64,000 bases of DNA from Candidatus Marinacidobacterium sp. (GTDB lineage Bacteria > Acidobacteriota > Vicinamibacteria > Marinacidobacterales > Marinacidobacteraceae). The notes beneath the pieces are model-generated. The model had not been told where the DNA came from. It searched no databases and saw only the letters and a list, made by a program, of their open reading frames with translations. The position numbers and the translations under genes are program-made. The DNA is taken from positions 960,001 to 1,024,000 of the forward strand of contig OZ244852.1 in the NCBI GenBank assembly GCA_965220965.1, read 5' to 3'. The stretch's first letter is position 1, and each line of letters begins with the position of its first letter. Below, one piece after another: positions 27,831 through 38,549 of the stretch.

Positions 27831-28555
27831 CAGGCCTCCTCCGCGGCTTCCAGCAGGCGCGCCGCCGCGATCACCGCCGCCGTGGCGGTGCGGAGCACCC
27901 GCTCACCGAGATCCAGTCGAACGAACCCGCGGTCGCGCGCGGCGGCGAGTTCCCCGGGAGCAAAGCCGCCCTCGGGACCAATGGCGACGACCAGATCGCG
28001 GCCGTCCCCCGCCGGGGGCGACTGCCCGGATTGACGGACCCCGGGGAGCGGCGTCAGCGACGCGATCCGGCGAACCGGGGGCAGGGGAGCGGCCAGGAAG
28101 TCGGCGAACGCGACCGGCCGCTCCACTCGCGGAATCCTGGCCCGTCCGCACTGCCGGGTTCCGGAGAGCGCCGCCTCCCGCCAGCGCGCCGGTCGGCGGC
28201 GGCCATCCGACGTTCGCTCGGTGATCAGCGGAATGAGCCGGGAGGCTCCCAGCTCCGCCAGTTGGCGCGCCACTCGGGTGAGTCCGTCGCCCTTCGGGGG
28301 AGCGACCGCGAGGGTGAGGCGCCGCCCCGGCTCGCGCGAAGGGACTTCGGCGTCGACCGCGAGGCGGCATCGGCCGCGCCCGTCGGCGGCGAGGAAGCGG
28401 GCGGCGTAGGCGCGTCCGACGCCGTCGAAGACCTCGACCTCCACCCCCGGTTCGAGCCGCAGGACCCGGAGCAGGTAGTGCGACTCCGCCTCCTCCAGCC
28501 GGACCTCGGCGCCCGCGGCGGCGCCCGGCGCGTGGAAGCGGCGGAGGACGGACAC
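27830..28555 (-). CDS. rsmE: 16S rRNA m3U1498 methyltransferase
   Basis: HYLLRVLRL, ELGA, QCGR, IGPEGGF and LGERVLRTATA. Confidence 0.92.
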   Translation of the reverse strand: MSVLRRFHAPGAAAGAEVRLEEAESHYLLRVLRLEPGVEVEVFDGVGRAYAARFLAADGRGRCRLAVDAEVPSREPGRRLTLAVAPPKGDGLTRVARQLAELGASRLIPLITERTSDGRRRPARWREAALSGTRQCGRARIPRVERPVAFADFLAAPLPPVRRIASLTPLPGVRQSGQSPPAGDGRDLVVAIGPEGGFAPGELAAARDRGFVRLDLGERVLRTATAAVIAAARLLEAAEEA

Positions 28556-28566
28556 GCAGGCTTCCC

Positions 28567-29493
28567 CTAGTTGCGCCGAAGCAGGGCGGCGACCCACAGA
28601 TCCGGAGGGCCGCCACCGCCGGCTTCGGGCGCCTCCGGCTCGGCGCGGACTTCGCGGATCCGCAGCGCGTTGCGGTGGCAGGCCTCGAGTGCGGGGCCCG
28701 CCGCGGCGCGCAGGAAACCCGACAGGATGAGCCGCCCGCGGCGGCGAATGCGGGGCGCGGCGAAGGCCGCGAGCGGCGGCGCCAGCGCCGCGGTGAGGTT
28801 CCCCACGATCCAGTCGAAACCGCGGGGAGCGAAGCGGCGCAGCAGAGCGTTCGTCGCCTCATCGCGGAAGTCGCCCTCCAGCGCCGCCACCTGACGGCCC
28901 ACGCCATTGGTGGTCGCCGTCCGCCGGGCCTCGGCGACCGCCAGCGGGTCCACGTCCACTGCGGCCACCCGGCCGACGCCGAGTCTCGCCGCCGCGACCG
29001 CGAGGATCCCCGACCCGGTCCCGATGTCGAGCACCCGGAGCCGGCGCCTCCGGGACGGACGGACCCGCCGCAGGCCTTCGCAGAGCAGACCGGCCGCGAG
29101 CCGGGTGGTGGGGTGGACTCCGGTGCCGAAGGCGCTCCCCGGAGTCAGAAGGAGGGACGGAAGGCGGAGTTGTCCGGGGACGGTGGGCGGATGGACGAAG
29201 AAGCCTCCCGCCACGACGCCCCGGAAGAACGCCCGAAACGCGCGGCTCCAGTCCTCGGGCGGCTCCGGCGGGAGCTCGCGAAGCGTGACGCCCCCGTCGC
29301 CCCGAAGCGCCGAAATCGCCCTTCGCCGACCCGCCCGGGATCGAAACCAGAGGCGAAGCGAGCCAGGGCTGTCCGGAGACGGGACTTCATCGGCGCCCAG
29401 GAAGTCCTCGAGGCCCTCCATCACCGTCCGCCACGGCCCTTCGTCCGGTTCCGGAGATGTCAGGAGCAACGGGTAGGTCATGCCGGACGGCAT
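28567..29493 (-). CDS. prmA: Ribosomal protein L11 methyltransferase
   Basis: PGSAFGTGVHPTT, VLDIGTGSGILA and LILSG. Located between dnaJ and rsmE. Confidence 0.88.
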   Translation of the reverse strand: MPSGMTYPLLLTSPEPDEGPWRTVMEGLEDFLGADEVPSPDSPGSLRLWFRSRAGRRRAISALRGDGGVTLRELPPEPPEDWSRAFRAFFRGVVAGGFFVHPPTVPGQLRLPSLLLTPGSAFGTGVHPTTRLAAGLLCEGLRRVRPSRRRRLRVLDIGTGSGILAVAAARLGVGRVAAVDVDPLAVAEARRTATTNGVGRQVAALEGDFRDEATNALLRRFAPRGFDWIVGNLTAALAPPLAAFAAPRIRRRGRLILSGFLRAAAGPALEACHRNALRIREVRAEPEAPEAGGGGPPDLWVAALLRRN

Positions 29494-29531
29494 CGTGGAA
29501 GACGGCTCCTCGCGGGGAAGTCCGCGCCCGG

Positions 29532-30761
29532 TCAGGAGAACAACCGGCCCAGCCGCGACCTGCGCTTCGGGGAAGGTCGGTCTCCCTTCTCGCCTCCTCC
29601 GCCGGCGTCGTCGGAAGCAGCCCTCTCCCCCGCGTCCTCCGCCTGCCGCCTCGGCGCCGCGGATTCGTCCTCAGCCCGCCCGGGCGGAGCGCCGAGTTCG
29701 TCCGCCAGCTCCTCGACGGCTCGTCGGGCGCGGCCACCCAGCTTCTTCGGAACCTCGACCTGGATGCGCACGATGTGATGGCCCCGCGTCCCGCGGCGCA
29801 GCACCGGGAACCCCTGGTTCCGCAACCTCAGCTCGGCCCCCGGCTGGGTCCCGGGAGGGATCCGGAGCGACTGCTCCCCCCAGATCGTCGGGATCCGGAT
29901 GCTGGTTCCAAGGGCCGCCTCGGGGAAGGTGATCGTCTCGTCGCTGCGAACGGTGGCGCCCTCCCGCCTGCGCACCGGGTCCGGGCGCAAATGGATGAGC
30001 ACGAACAGGTCGCCGGGCGGTCCACCGTGGCGCCCCGGCTCCCCTTCGCCGGGCAGGCGCAACTGGTTTCCGTCGTCCACGCCCGCCGGAAGCCGCACGG
30101 TGATGTCCCGCTGCCGGGGGCTGTTTCCCGCTCCGGCGCAGGTCCGGCAAGGATGATCCACGATGCGGCCCGCGCCGCGGCACTCGCCGCAGGGGTGGCT
30201 CATCACCACGAACCCGCGGCGCACCTGCTGCTGGCCCCGTCCACCGCACCGCGGACACGAACGGGGGCGAGCGCCCGGCTCCACCCCACCGCCCTGACAC
30301 GCGTCGCAGGGCTCGGAGCGGGAGATCCGGATCCTTCTCGAGGAGTCCCGGCGCGGCTCGTCGAAGTCCAGATGGAGTTCGTACTGGATGTCGTGGCCCC
30401 GCTGCGGGCCGCGCGCCTGGGGCCCACCCCCGAACATCTGGCCAAACAGATCGAAGACCGACCCACCCCCGAAGAGATCCTCGAAGTCGCGGAAGATCTC
30501 CTGGTTCACCGGGCCACCGGCGGCTCCACCGACTCCGGCGTGACCGAAGCGGTCGAAGCGCGCCCGCTTTCCACTGTCGCCCAGAATGCTGTACGCCTCG
30601 GAGGCCTGCTTGAAGGCCTCCTCGGCCTCCTTGTCCCCCGGGTTCCGGTCCGGGTGGTGCTTCACCGCCTGTCGGCGGTAGGCGCGCTTGATGTCCTCGG
30701 CGGTCGCGTCCCGATCGACCCCCAGAACCTCGTACGGATCGCGCTCGGCGAGCGTTGGCAT
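29532..30761 (-). CDS. dnaJ: Chaperone DnaJ
   Basis: J domain with HPD, G/F-rich region and four CxxCxGxG repeats. Confidence 0.97.
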   Translation of the reverse strand: MPTLAERDPYEVLGVDRDATAEDIKRAYRRQAVKHHPDRNPGDKEAEEAFKQASEAYSILGDSGKRARFDRFGHAGVGGAAGGPVNQEIFRDFEDLFGGGSVFDLFGQMFGGGPQARGPQRGHDIQYELHLDFDEPRRDSSRRIRISRSEPCDACQGGGVEPGARPRSCPRCGGRGQQQVRRGFVVMSHPCGECRGAGRIVDHPCRTCAGAGNSPRQRDITVRLPAGVDDGNQLRLPGEGEPGRHGGPPGDLFVLIHLRPDPVRRREGATVRSDETITFPEAALGTSIRIPTIWGEQSLRIPPGTQPGAELRLRNQGFPVLRRGTRGHHIVRIQVEVPKKLGGRARRAVEELADELGAPPGRAEDESAAPRRQAEDAGERAASDDAGGGGEKGDRPSPKRRSRLGRLFS

Positions 30762-30800
30762 GTTGTCTCGTCCGACCCGTGAGCCTCGCGAACGACCGGG

Positions 30801-31499
30801 TCAGGCCGAAACCGGCTCGGCCGGGCGGGCGCCATCCGCGTCGCCCGCGGCGTCGTCCTCCGCATCCGGCGCGCCGACGGCGACGACGACCTGCGTCGGG
30901 CGGATCGCCCGGCCGTCGAGCAGGTAGCCCCGGCGGACGACCGAAACCACCTCGCCGTCGGCCTGTCCCGGGCCGGCGGGAACCTGCTGAAGCGCCTCGT
31001 GAAGCCGGGGGTCGAAAGGCGCGCCCAGCGCGTCGATTTCCGATAGCCCCAGTCGGGTCAGCGTGTCCTCGAAACGGCGCAGGACGAGCCGCACTCCGTC
31101 GCTCAGCGCCTGCAGCGACGCCCGCTCGGCCGCCTCGGACTCGTTCGGGGCGGCGTCCAGGGTGCGCGACGCCTCCTCGACCGCCCGCCCGAGGTCGTCC
31201 AGCACCGGCAGGAAGCCCGAACAGACGTCTTCGAGGGCGCGGGACCGGAAGCGACTCCTTTCGTCCCGGGCGCGCCGCTGGACGTTCAGGAGGTCCGCCT
31301 GGGCTCGCCGCGCCACGTCCTTGGCCTCCGCGGCCTCCCGCCGGACGCCTTCGAGCTCTTCGCGAAGAACCTCGATCGGATCCGGCTCGGAGAGTTCAGG
31401 CGCCGGCTCCGCTCCGTCGGATGCAGGACTCACGCCGGTTTCGACCTCCCCGGAATCGGGAGCCGCGGCGTCTGGCGCAGGAACAGGGGGATCGGACAT
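30801..31499 (-). CDS. grpE: Nucleotide exchange factor GrpE
   Basis: LPVLDDLGRA, FDPRLHEA and GYLLDGRAIRP. Start at ATG 31499. Confidence 0.92.
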   Translation of the reverse strand: MSDPPVPAPDAAAPDSGEVETGVSPASDGAEPAPELSEPDPIEVLREELEGVRREAAEAKDVARRAQADLLNVQRRARDERSRFRSRALEDVCSGFLPVLDDLGRAVEEASRTLDAAPNESEAAERASLQALSDGVRLVLRRFEDTLTRLGLSEIDALGAPFDPRLHEALQQVPAGPGQADGEVVSVVRRGYLLDGRAIRPTQVVVAVGAPDAEDDAAGDADGARPAEPVSA

Positions 31500-31664
31500 G
31501 GGGGCGGCGATCGATGGCTTGGGGGCGGGGACTTCGGGTCGGCACAGGCGCACCGCCCACCACACGGCTGGACTCTCGCGAGCCGTCGGGACCGCTGCGC
31601 GGAGGGCGCACACGGGAAGAGCGCCGCGCGTCCTGAGCTGGGGGCGCCTGTTCCGGAACCGGAG

Positions 31665-32351
31665 TCAGACTACCACGGAGGACCCTCCGAACTCGCGGGC
31701 GAACGCGGCGGCGAGGGCCCGGGCGACGGTGGCCCGGTCGGGCGCCCCGCATCCCCGGATCTCGGCGAGCCCGGTCGCCCGGATGGGAGAGTCCTCGGGG
31801 AGACCGGCCACCGCGTTCGTCAGCGCCCGGTTCACCCGCCAGGGGATGGCGCCATGCTGCAGGAAGGCGCCTCGGCGCCATCGCTGCGCGCCGGCGACGA
31901 GCTTCCGCCCCCCGACAGAGAGTTCATGGCCGGTCGAGACCGCAAGGCAGGGGAGCCGCGCCGGCGAGCGATCCGCCCCGGCGCGAGCCGGGAGGTCGAG
32001 CGGGACGAACGCCTCGAGCGCCTCGCGAATCGCCCCCATGACCCGCGCATAGGCGGCCTGGACGCCGGAGGCCGTCCCGCGCCCGGCGGCGAAGGCGTAG
32101 GTCAGGTCGCCGGGAAGATGGAGGAGCGCGCGGCCTCCGGTGGGACGGCGCACCCAGGGGACGTCGAGGGTCTCGAGCGTCGCCGCGCAGGCGGCGTCCT
32201 CGAGCCGCTGGCGGTGTCCCAGGCTGAGGGTCGGGCGCGCCCAGCGGTAGACCCGCAGGCTGGGAGGGGCGCCGGCGGCGGCCGCTTCGAGCAGCGCCGC
32301 ATCGCGCTCCATGTTCTGCGCGCCCGATGCCGCGACATCGAGATCGGACAC
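31665..32351 (-). CDS. Lipoate-protein ligase family protein (LipM/LplA-like)
   Basis: NMERDAALL, VRRPTGGRALLH, RKLVAGAQ and LQHG. Confidence 0.85.
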   Translation of the reverse strand: MSDLDVAASGAQNMERDAALLEAAAAGAPPSLRVYRWARPTLSLGHRQRLEDAACAATLETLDVPWVRRPTGGRALLHLPGDLTYAFAAGRGTASGVQAAYARVMGAIREALEAFVPLDLPARAGADRSPARLPCLAVSTGHELSVGGRKLVAGAQRWRRGAFLQHGAIPWRVNRALTNAVAGLPEDSPIRATGLAEIRGCGAPDRATVARALAAAFAREFGGSSVVV

Positions 32352-32407
32352 GAACCGGAACGCCCCGCCCGGCCGTTGTTCGGCGGCTCGCCGCGGGACG
32401 GAGGGCG

Positions 32408-33519
<1,112 letters not shown>

Positions 33520-33523
<4 letters not shown>

Positions 33524-33960
33524 TCGACGTCCCCTGCGCGCTCCCCGTCGGGTTGCGGTTCGGATGCGGCGCCATCGGACTCGCCCAGCACCACCCCGTT
33601 GAAGCGGGCGCCGGGCTCGATCCGGACCTGCGCGGCGCTGATGTCGCCCAGCAGCGCGCCGGTGTCCCCGATCTCGGCCCGCTCGCTCGCGACGATCTTT
33701 CCTTCGACCTCGCCGAACACGACGACCCTCTTCGCGGTGATGTCGGCCCGGACCCGGCCGCCCTCCGGGATCAGCACTTCGCCCTGGCTCTCGACGACGC
33801 CCTCCACCTTCCCGTGGATGCAGATGTCGTCGGGGGACGAAAGCCGCCCTTCCAGGACGGCGCTTCCCCCGATCCAGGTGGAGGATTCGCCCGACGCCGA
33901 CGCTTCGGATCCCCTCCCGGGCGAGGCGTCCTCGCCGTTACCGCGCAGGAACAGGGGCAT
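33520..33960 (-). CDS. Bactofilin (polymer-forming cytoskeletal protein)
   Basis: Beta-helix pattern [25 protein letters not shown] and [13 protein letters not shown]-coupled to ald. Confidence 0.88.
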
Positions 33961-33984
33961 GGATGCGGGTCGACGAGGCCACGG

Positions 33985-34057
33985 AGCGGGCGACGGGGCT
34001 CGAACCCGCGACACCGAGCTTGGGAAGCTCGTACTCTACCAACTGAGATACGCCCGC
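33985..34057 (-). tRNA. tRNA-Gly(CCC), CCA not fully encoded
   Basis: GCGGGCG acceptor stem, anticodon arm CGAGC-TTCCCAA-GCTCG, GGTTCGAGCCC T-arm, discriminator U followed by CCG. Confidence 0.95.
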
Positions 34058-34071
34058 CCGTGGGTGGAATT

Positions 34072-35514
34072 CTAGCCGGGGGCCGGCCCGCGGGACGCTT
34101 CTTCTGACCCGGGATCGGCCGGCTCGTGAGCCCGGAGAATGTCGAGGAGCTCGCGCTGGCGCCGCTCGACCAGCCCGCTCCGGAAAGCCTCGATCGTGAG
34201 CCGCAGGACGGGTTCGGTGTTCGAAGGGCGCAGCGTGAAGCGCCAGTCGTCAAAGCCGATCGTGAGGCCGTCGAGGCGTTCCACCCGGCCACCCTCGCAG
34301 GCGCTCTCCACGGCGCGCAGGGCGGCTGCCGGATCGCGCACCCGGACGCTCTTCTCGTCCAGCGCAAAATACTCGCTGCGGAGCTCTCCGGCGAGATCCC
34401 GAAGCGAGCGTCCGGTCTCGCCAACCCGCTCGATCATCCGGAGGATCGGGAGGAGCGCGTTGTCGGCATAGCCGGCGTGGCGGGAATAGAAGTGTCCGCT
34501 CAGCTCTCCGCCAAAGCGGGCGTCGACCTCGCGCATCCGCTGCTTCATGTAGGCGTGCCCGACCCGGCAGGGACAGGGAACGCCTCCGGCGCGCCGGATC
34601 CGGTCGGGGACCGCCCGGGAGGACCGCAGGTCGAAGACGACGGGTGACTCCGGCTCCGCCTCCACTTCGGGGGGCGCCAGGATCGCGGTGGTGAAGTCGC
34701 CCGGGACGAAATCGCCCTCGCTGTCGACAAAGGCGCATCGATCGGCGTCTCCGTCCCACAGCGCCCCGAGATCCGCGCGTTCGGCCCGGACCCGGGCGGC
34801 GAGCCCGGCCCGGTTCGCGGGATCCAGCGGATTGGCGCCCCGGGTCGGAAAGCTCCCGTCGGGAGCGAAGTCCATGGGAAGGAACTCGCCGGGAACGCCG
34901 CGGAAGACCGGTTCGGCCATGACGCCCCCCATGCCGCACCCGGCGTCGAGAACGACGCGGAGCGCCGGGAGGCGGCGAATGTCCACCGCCTCGTGCAGGA
35001 ACGCCCGGTAGTCCTCGGTGATGTCCCGGGCGTCCCTCCCGATGCCCGGGTCCGACTCCGGCGCCGCTCCGGCCGCGATCCCCTCGACGCTCCGGCGAAT
35101 CGCCGGGAGCCCGGTCTCGGCGAACACCGGCGCGGCGTCCCGCGTCACCAGCTTGATCCCGTTGTCTCCGGGAGGGTTGTGGGAGGCGGTGACGACCGCT
35201 CCGCCATCCAGCCGGTCGTGGCGGACGGCGAACCACATCGCGTCGGTGGGAATCCGGCCGTAGTCCACATCCCGGGCCCCGCGGCTCCGGAGGCCGAGGC
35301 GGAAGGCGTCGGCGAGTTCCGGGCTTGTCCGGCGCATGTCCCGGGCCACTCCGATCGTGGGTCGGTCCGGCCCGGCGGCCCGGACGTGTTCGGCGAACGC
35401 GGCCCCGACGCGAAAGGCCAGATCGGCGCCCAGCGGCTCCGGGGAGCCCCCCCGGATGTCGTACGCCTTGAACAGCGCCCGCTCGGCTGGGGTCAACGGC
35501 GCGACGCGTCTCAT
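34072..35514 (-). CDS. Phosphomannomutase/phosphoglucomutase
   Basis: FKAYDIRG, TASHNP, DGDADR, GGELSGH and RPSNTEP. Confidence 0.93.
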   Translation of the reverse strand: MRRVAPLTPAERALFKAYDIRGGSPEPLGADLAFRVGAAFAEHVRAAGPDRPTIGVARDMRRTSPELADAFRLGLRSRGARDVDYGRIPTDAMWFAVRHDRLDGGAVVTASHNPPGDNGIKLVTRDAAPVFAETGLPAIRRSVEGIAAGAAPESDPGIGRDARDITEDYRAFLHEAVDIRRLPALRVVLDAGCGMGGVMAEPVFRGVPGEFLPMDFAPDGSFPTRGANPLDPANRAGLAARVRAERADLGALWDGDADRCAFVDSEGDFVPGDFTTAILAPPEVEAEPESPVVFDLRSSRAVPDRIRRAGGVPCPCRVGHAYMKQRMREVDARFGGELSGHFYSRHAGYADNALLPILRMIERVGETGRSLRDLAGELRSEYFALDEKSVRVRDPAAALRAVESACEGGRVERLDGLTIGFDDWRFTLRPSNTEPVLRLTIEAFRSGLVERRQRELLDILRAHEPADPGSEEASRGPAPG

Positions 35515-36599
35515 GAATCCCGGCGACCCACCACGCTGTAGGCCGCCACGATGCTCTTGTCTCCCAGCACGGCGTCGGCGACCGTGGCTTCCTGCCCGAC
35601 AAAGCAGTTCGTGGCGAGGACCGAGCCGCGCACCTCGGCGCCCTCGCCGATGCGGGTGTCCGCCCAGAGCACCGAGTCGCGGACGCGCGCGCCGGTCTCG
35701 ACCCGGACCCGCTCGCCCAGCACGGCGTGGGGTCCCACCTCGGCGCCGGCCCGGACCACGGCGCCGGCCGCCACCAGGACCGGGCCCCGGAGGACGGCGT
35801 CGGGATGCACCGAGGCGTCTTCGGCGACGACGGCGCCGCCGGCGTTCGGGCTGCCGACCCCGGGGATCCGGATGCGGCCCTCCAGCGCGTCCCGGTGGGC
35901 CGCGTGGTAGCGCTCGGGAACTCCGATGTCGGAGAAGTAGCCCGCATGACGGAAGGCGGCGACCGGTCGCCCTCCGGCCACCGACCCGGCCACCGCCTCC
36001 GGGAAGACCTCGTGTTCCAGCGAGGCCGGACGGTTCGGCGGGATGAGGTCGAGGATCTCCGGGTCCATGGCGTAGATCCCGACGCTGATCGGACCGGGAC
36101 CGCGCCGCCCCTTCTCCCCGAACCCGGTGACCTGCGGGGGTGCGCCGGGCGCCGTCGGATCCTGGATGCTCACCGAGCCGAAGGGGGAGGCGTCGGGCGC
36201 TTCGGTGACGGAGAGCGTCAGGAGCGCCGAGGCCTGTCGGTGCGCTTCAACGAGCCCCCGGACGTCGAGGTCGGTCAGGACATCGCCGTTGAGACACAGG
36301 AAGACGTCCTTCAGGCGCCGCCGCAGCCGACGGAGGGCGCCGGCGGTCCCCATCGGTTTCGGCTCCACCGCATAGTGGAGGGACACGCCGTAGGCCGCCC
36401 CGTCGCCGAACACCGCGTGGATCCGGCGCGGCGCGGAGGCCAGCGCCAGAACGATGTCGGTGACCCCCGCGCTCCGCAGCAGCTCGAGCTGCGCCGCCAG
36501 AAACGGCCGGCCGAGAACCGGGACGACGGCCTTCGGCCGCCTCCAGGTGAGCGGCCGGAGCCGCAGGGCCTTCCCCCCGGCGAGGATGACCGCCTTCAC
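35511..36599 (-). CDS. NDP-sugar pyrophosphorylase (mannose-1-phosphate guanylyltransferase-like) with hexapeptide repeats
   Basis: KAVILAGGKALRLRPLT..RPK, EPKPMGTAG, NGDVLTD and a C-terminal LbH region. Confidence 0.88.
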   Translation of the reverse strand: MKAVILAGGKALRLRPLTWRRPKAVVPVLGRPFLAAQLELLRSAGVTDIVLALASAPRRIHAVFGDGAAYGVSLHYAVEPKPMGTAGALRRLRRRLKDVFLCLNGDVLTDLDVRGLVEAHRQASALLTLSVTEAPDASPFGSVSIQDPTAPGAPPQVTGFGEKGRRGPGPISVGIYAMDPEILDLIPPNRPASLEHEVFPEAVAGSVAGGRPVAAFRHAGYFSDIGVPERYHAAHRDALEGRIRIPGVGSPNAGGAVVAEDASVHPDAVLRGPVLVAAGAVVRAGAEVGPHAVLGERVRVETGARVRDSVLWADTRIGEGAEVRGSVLATNCFVGQEATVADAVLGDKSIVAAYSVVGRRDS

Positions 36600-36618
36600 C
36601 GGCGCTCCGGGTCCTTCG

Positions 36619-37065
36619 TCACTCCGGCTGGCCCCTGGGCGGCGCCAAAGCGCCACGAGTGGGCGCCGCAGCCAGACAGTCGCCCCGGTGCACCAGGACC
36701 GCCGCAGGACCAGGTCCCACGATGACCACGTCCCCGGCCACCAGCTCGTCCAGCAGCAGCGCGCGCCCCCCCTCCAGGTCGCGCGCGGTCAGGGTGAGCC
36801 CCACGATGCCCCAGCGCTCCAGCGACGAGGCTTCGAAGCGCGTCCCGACGAGCGCCGCCAGGTCGGTTGACCCGGCTTCGGCGCGCGCCACCCCGAAGAC
36901 ATCCACCTGTCGATGCCGCTTCGCTCCATAGAGGAGGCCGCGCCGGCCGTCCAGCGCCGCGAGCGCATCGGGGCCCAGGAAGACTTCCGGAAGCGCCCCG
37001 AGGAGGCGGCGCCGGACTCGCTCAGGCCTCGACGAGGACCCGACGGGCTCGCGCGAAGTAGTCAC
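36619..37065 (-). CDS. Hypothetical protein (possibly degenerate MPN-like fold)
   Basis: Fills the gap between pgsA and the NDP-sugar gene on the operon strand, with protein-like composition. Start uncertain. Confidence 0.45.
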   Translation of the reverse strand: MTTSREPVGSSSRPERVRRRLLGALPEVFLGPDALAALDGRRGLLYGAKRHRQVDVFGVARAEAGSTDLAALVGTRFEASSLERWGIVGLTLTARDLEGGRALLLDELVAGDVVIVGPGPAAVLVHRGDCLAAAPTRGALAPPRGQPE

Positions 37066-37555
37066 ATCCCGACCACAGGGTGATGGCGGCGGCGATCCAC
37101 AGGGCTGGCCCGGCGAGCGGCGCCAGCGTCGGGAACCAGGCGCCGAAGAGGACGATGAGCACCGCGTAGACCTGGACGTGCATCTTCACCTTGCCGAGCA
37201 TCCGCACCGGAACGCTGCTGCCCTGCTGAACCGCGAACATCCGCAGCGCGGTCACCGCGAACTCCCGGCCGATGATGGTGATCGCCACCCAGGCGGGCGA
37301 AAGCCCGACCGCGACCAGCGAGATGAACACGGTGGAGATGAAGAACTTGTCGGCGATGGGGTCCATGAGAATCCCGAGCGTCGACACCTGGTCGCGCCGC
37401 CGGGCCACGATCCCGTCGAACAGGTCGGTGAGCGCGATGACCGCCACCAGCAGAATGCTCACCGGCTCCCATCCGGGCCAGCGGGTGAGCAGCGCGACCG
37501 CAAGGACCGGAGTCAGCACGAACCGCATCAGCGTGAGCCGGTTCGCCAGGTTCAT
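37022..37555 (-). CDS. pgsA: CDP-diacylglycerol--glycerol-3-phosphate 3-phosphatidyltransferase
   Basis: MNLANRLTLMR, TDLFDGIVARR..VSTLGILMDPIADK, IIGREF and GKVK. Confidence 0.85.
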   Translation of the reverse strand: MNLANRLTLMRFVLTPVLAVALLTRWPGWEPVSILLVAVIALTDLFDGIVARRRDQVSTLGILMDPIADKFFISTVFISLVAVGLSPAWVAITIIGREFAVTALRMFAVQQGSSVPVRMLGKVKMHVQVYAVLIVLFGAWFPTLAPLAGPALWIAAAITLWSGCDYFARARRVLVEA

Positions 37556-37708
37556 GCCTCGCCCTGCCTCCACTTCCTCCCCCCGGACTGCCCGCCGATC
37601 GGGGCGGATCCTATCAAGCCCGACCGGAAGCGCCCGAGCCGCGAACCCTTGCGCCGGAGGTCGTCCCGGACCGGTTGCGGGAGGCCGTGATCACGACCGC
37701 AGCCCGGT

Positions 37709-38536
37709 TCAGGGGTTCTGCTCGAGGATTTCGCGAATGCGTTCGCGGGCGCCCTCGACGAGCGGGGAATCGGGGTGCTCCTCCACGATCTTCTGGTAGT
37801 GGACGAGAGCCTCGTTCTCCCTCCCGCAGTCGGTCAGCGCCCGGCCGAGGCGCTCCCGGACCTCCGCGGTCCGCCCGAAGTCAGGGAAGTTGGCGAGGAC
37901 CTCCTCGAGCCGTGGGATGGCCCCCCGGCACCACCGCCGCATGTCCTGGTAGAACTCCGCCTTGAGCAGCAGCGCGGTGGCGAGATCCTGCCGGCACTCC
38001 GACAGATGCTCCCGCGCTTCCTCCGCGTAGCGGGAGTTCGGATAGAGCTCGAGCAGCTTCGCGAACTCCTCGGCGGCGAGCCGGGTGTCCTCCTGATCGC
38101 GGTCCGCGCTCCGCCGCTGACGGAAGTGGCCGTAGGCGATCTGGAACTGCGCGTAGTCCGCCCGCGGGTGGTTCGGAAAGAAGGTCAGATAGTCGCGATA
38201 CTCGGTGGCGGCCAGCAGCGCGTTCTGTTGCCCGCGCTGGTTCGCGTAGGTGTCGGCGATCCCGAGCCGGGCGTCGCCGGCGAACTGGCTCCTCGGGTAG
38301 CTGTCGAGCAACTGCCGGAACCAGGTCCTGGCGGTGTCCCAGTCCCGAGACTCGAGCGCCTGCTGACCGAGCGCCAGCAACCGGCGATCCGCCTGCGCTC
38401 CGGTCGGGATTTCCCGAAGTGCGGAATTGGAGCAGCCGGCCGCGAAGACCAGCAGCGCCGCCGCGATCAGGCGCGCAGCCCGGCGGCGCCCCTTCGAAAC
38501 GGGGAACGGTCCGCGGTCTGGCTCTTGAGGGCGCAC
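37709..38536 (-). CDS. bamD: Outer membrane assembly lipoprotein BamD
   Basis: Lipobox FAAGC, TPRs with YPRS, FFPNHPRADYAQF, DRDQ and YPNSRY. Start approximate. Confidence 0.88.
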   Translation of the reverse strand: MRPQEPDRGPFPVSKGRRRAARLIAAALLVFAAGCSNSALREIPTGAQADRRLLALGQQALESRDWDTARTWFRQLLDSYPRSQFAGDARLGIADTYANQRGQQNALLAATEYRDYLTFFPNHPRADYAQFQIAYGHFRQRRSADRDQEDTRLAAEEFAKLLELYPNSRYAEEAREHLSECRQDLATALLLKAEFYQDMRRWCRGAIPRLEEVLANFPDFGRTAEVRERLGRALTDCGRENEALVHYQKIVEEHPDSPLVEGARERIREILEQNP

Positions 38537-38549
38537 TCCAGGGGGAATG

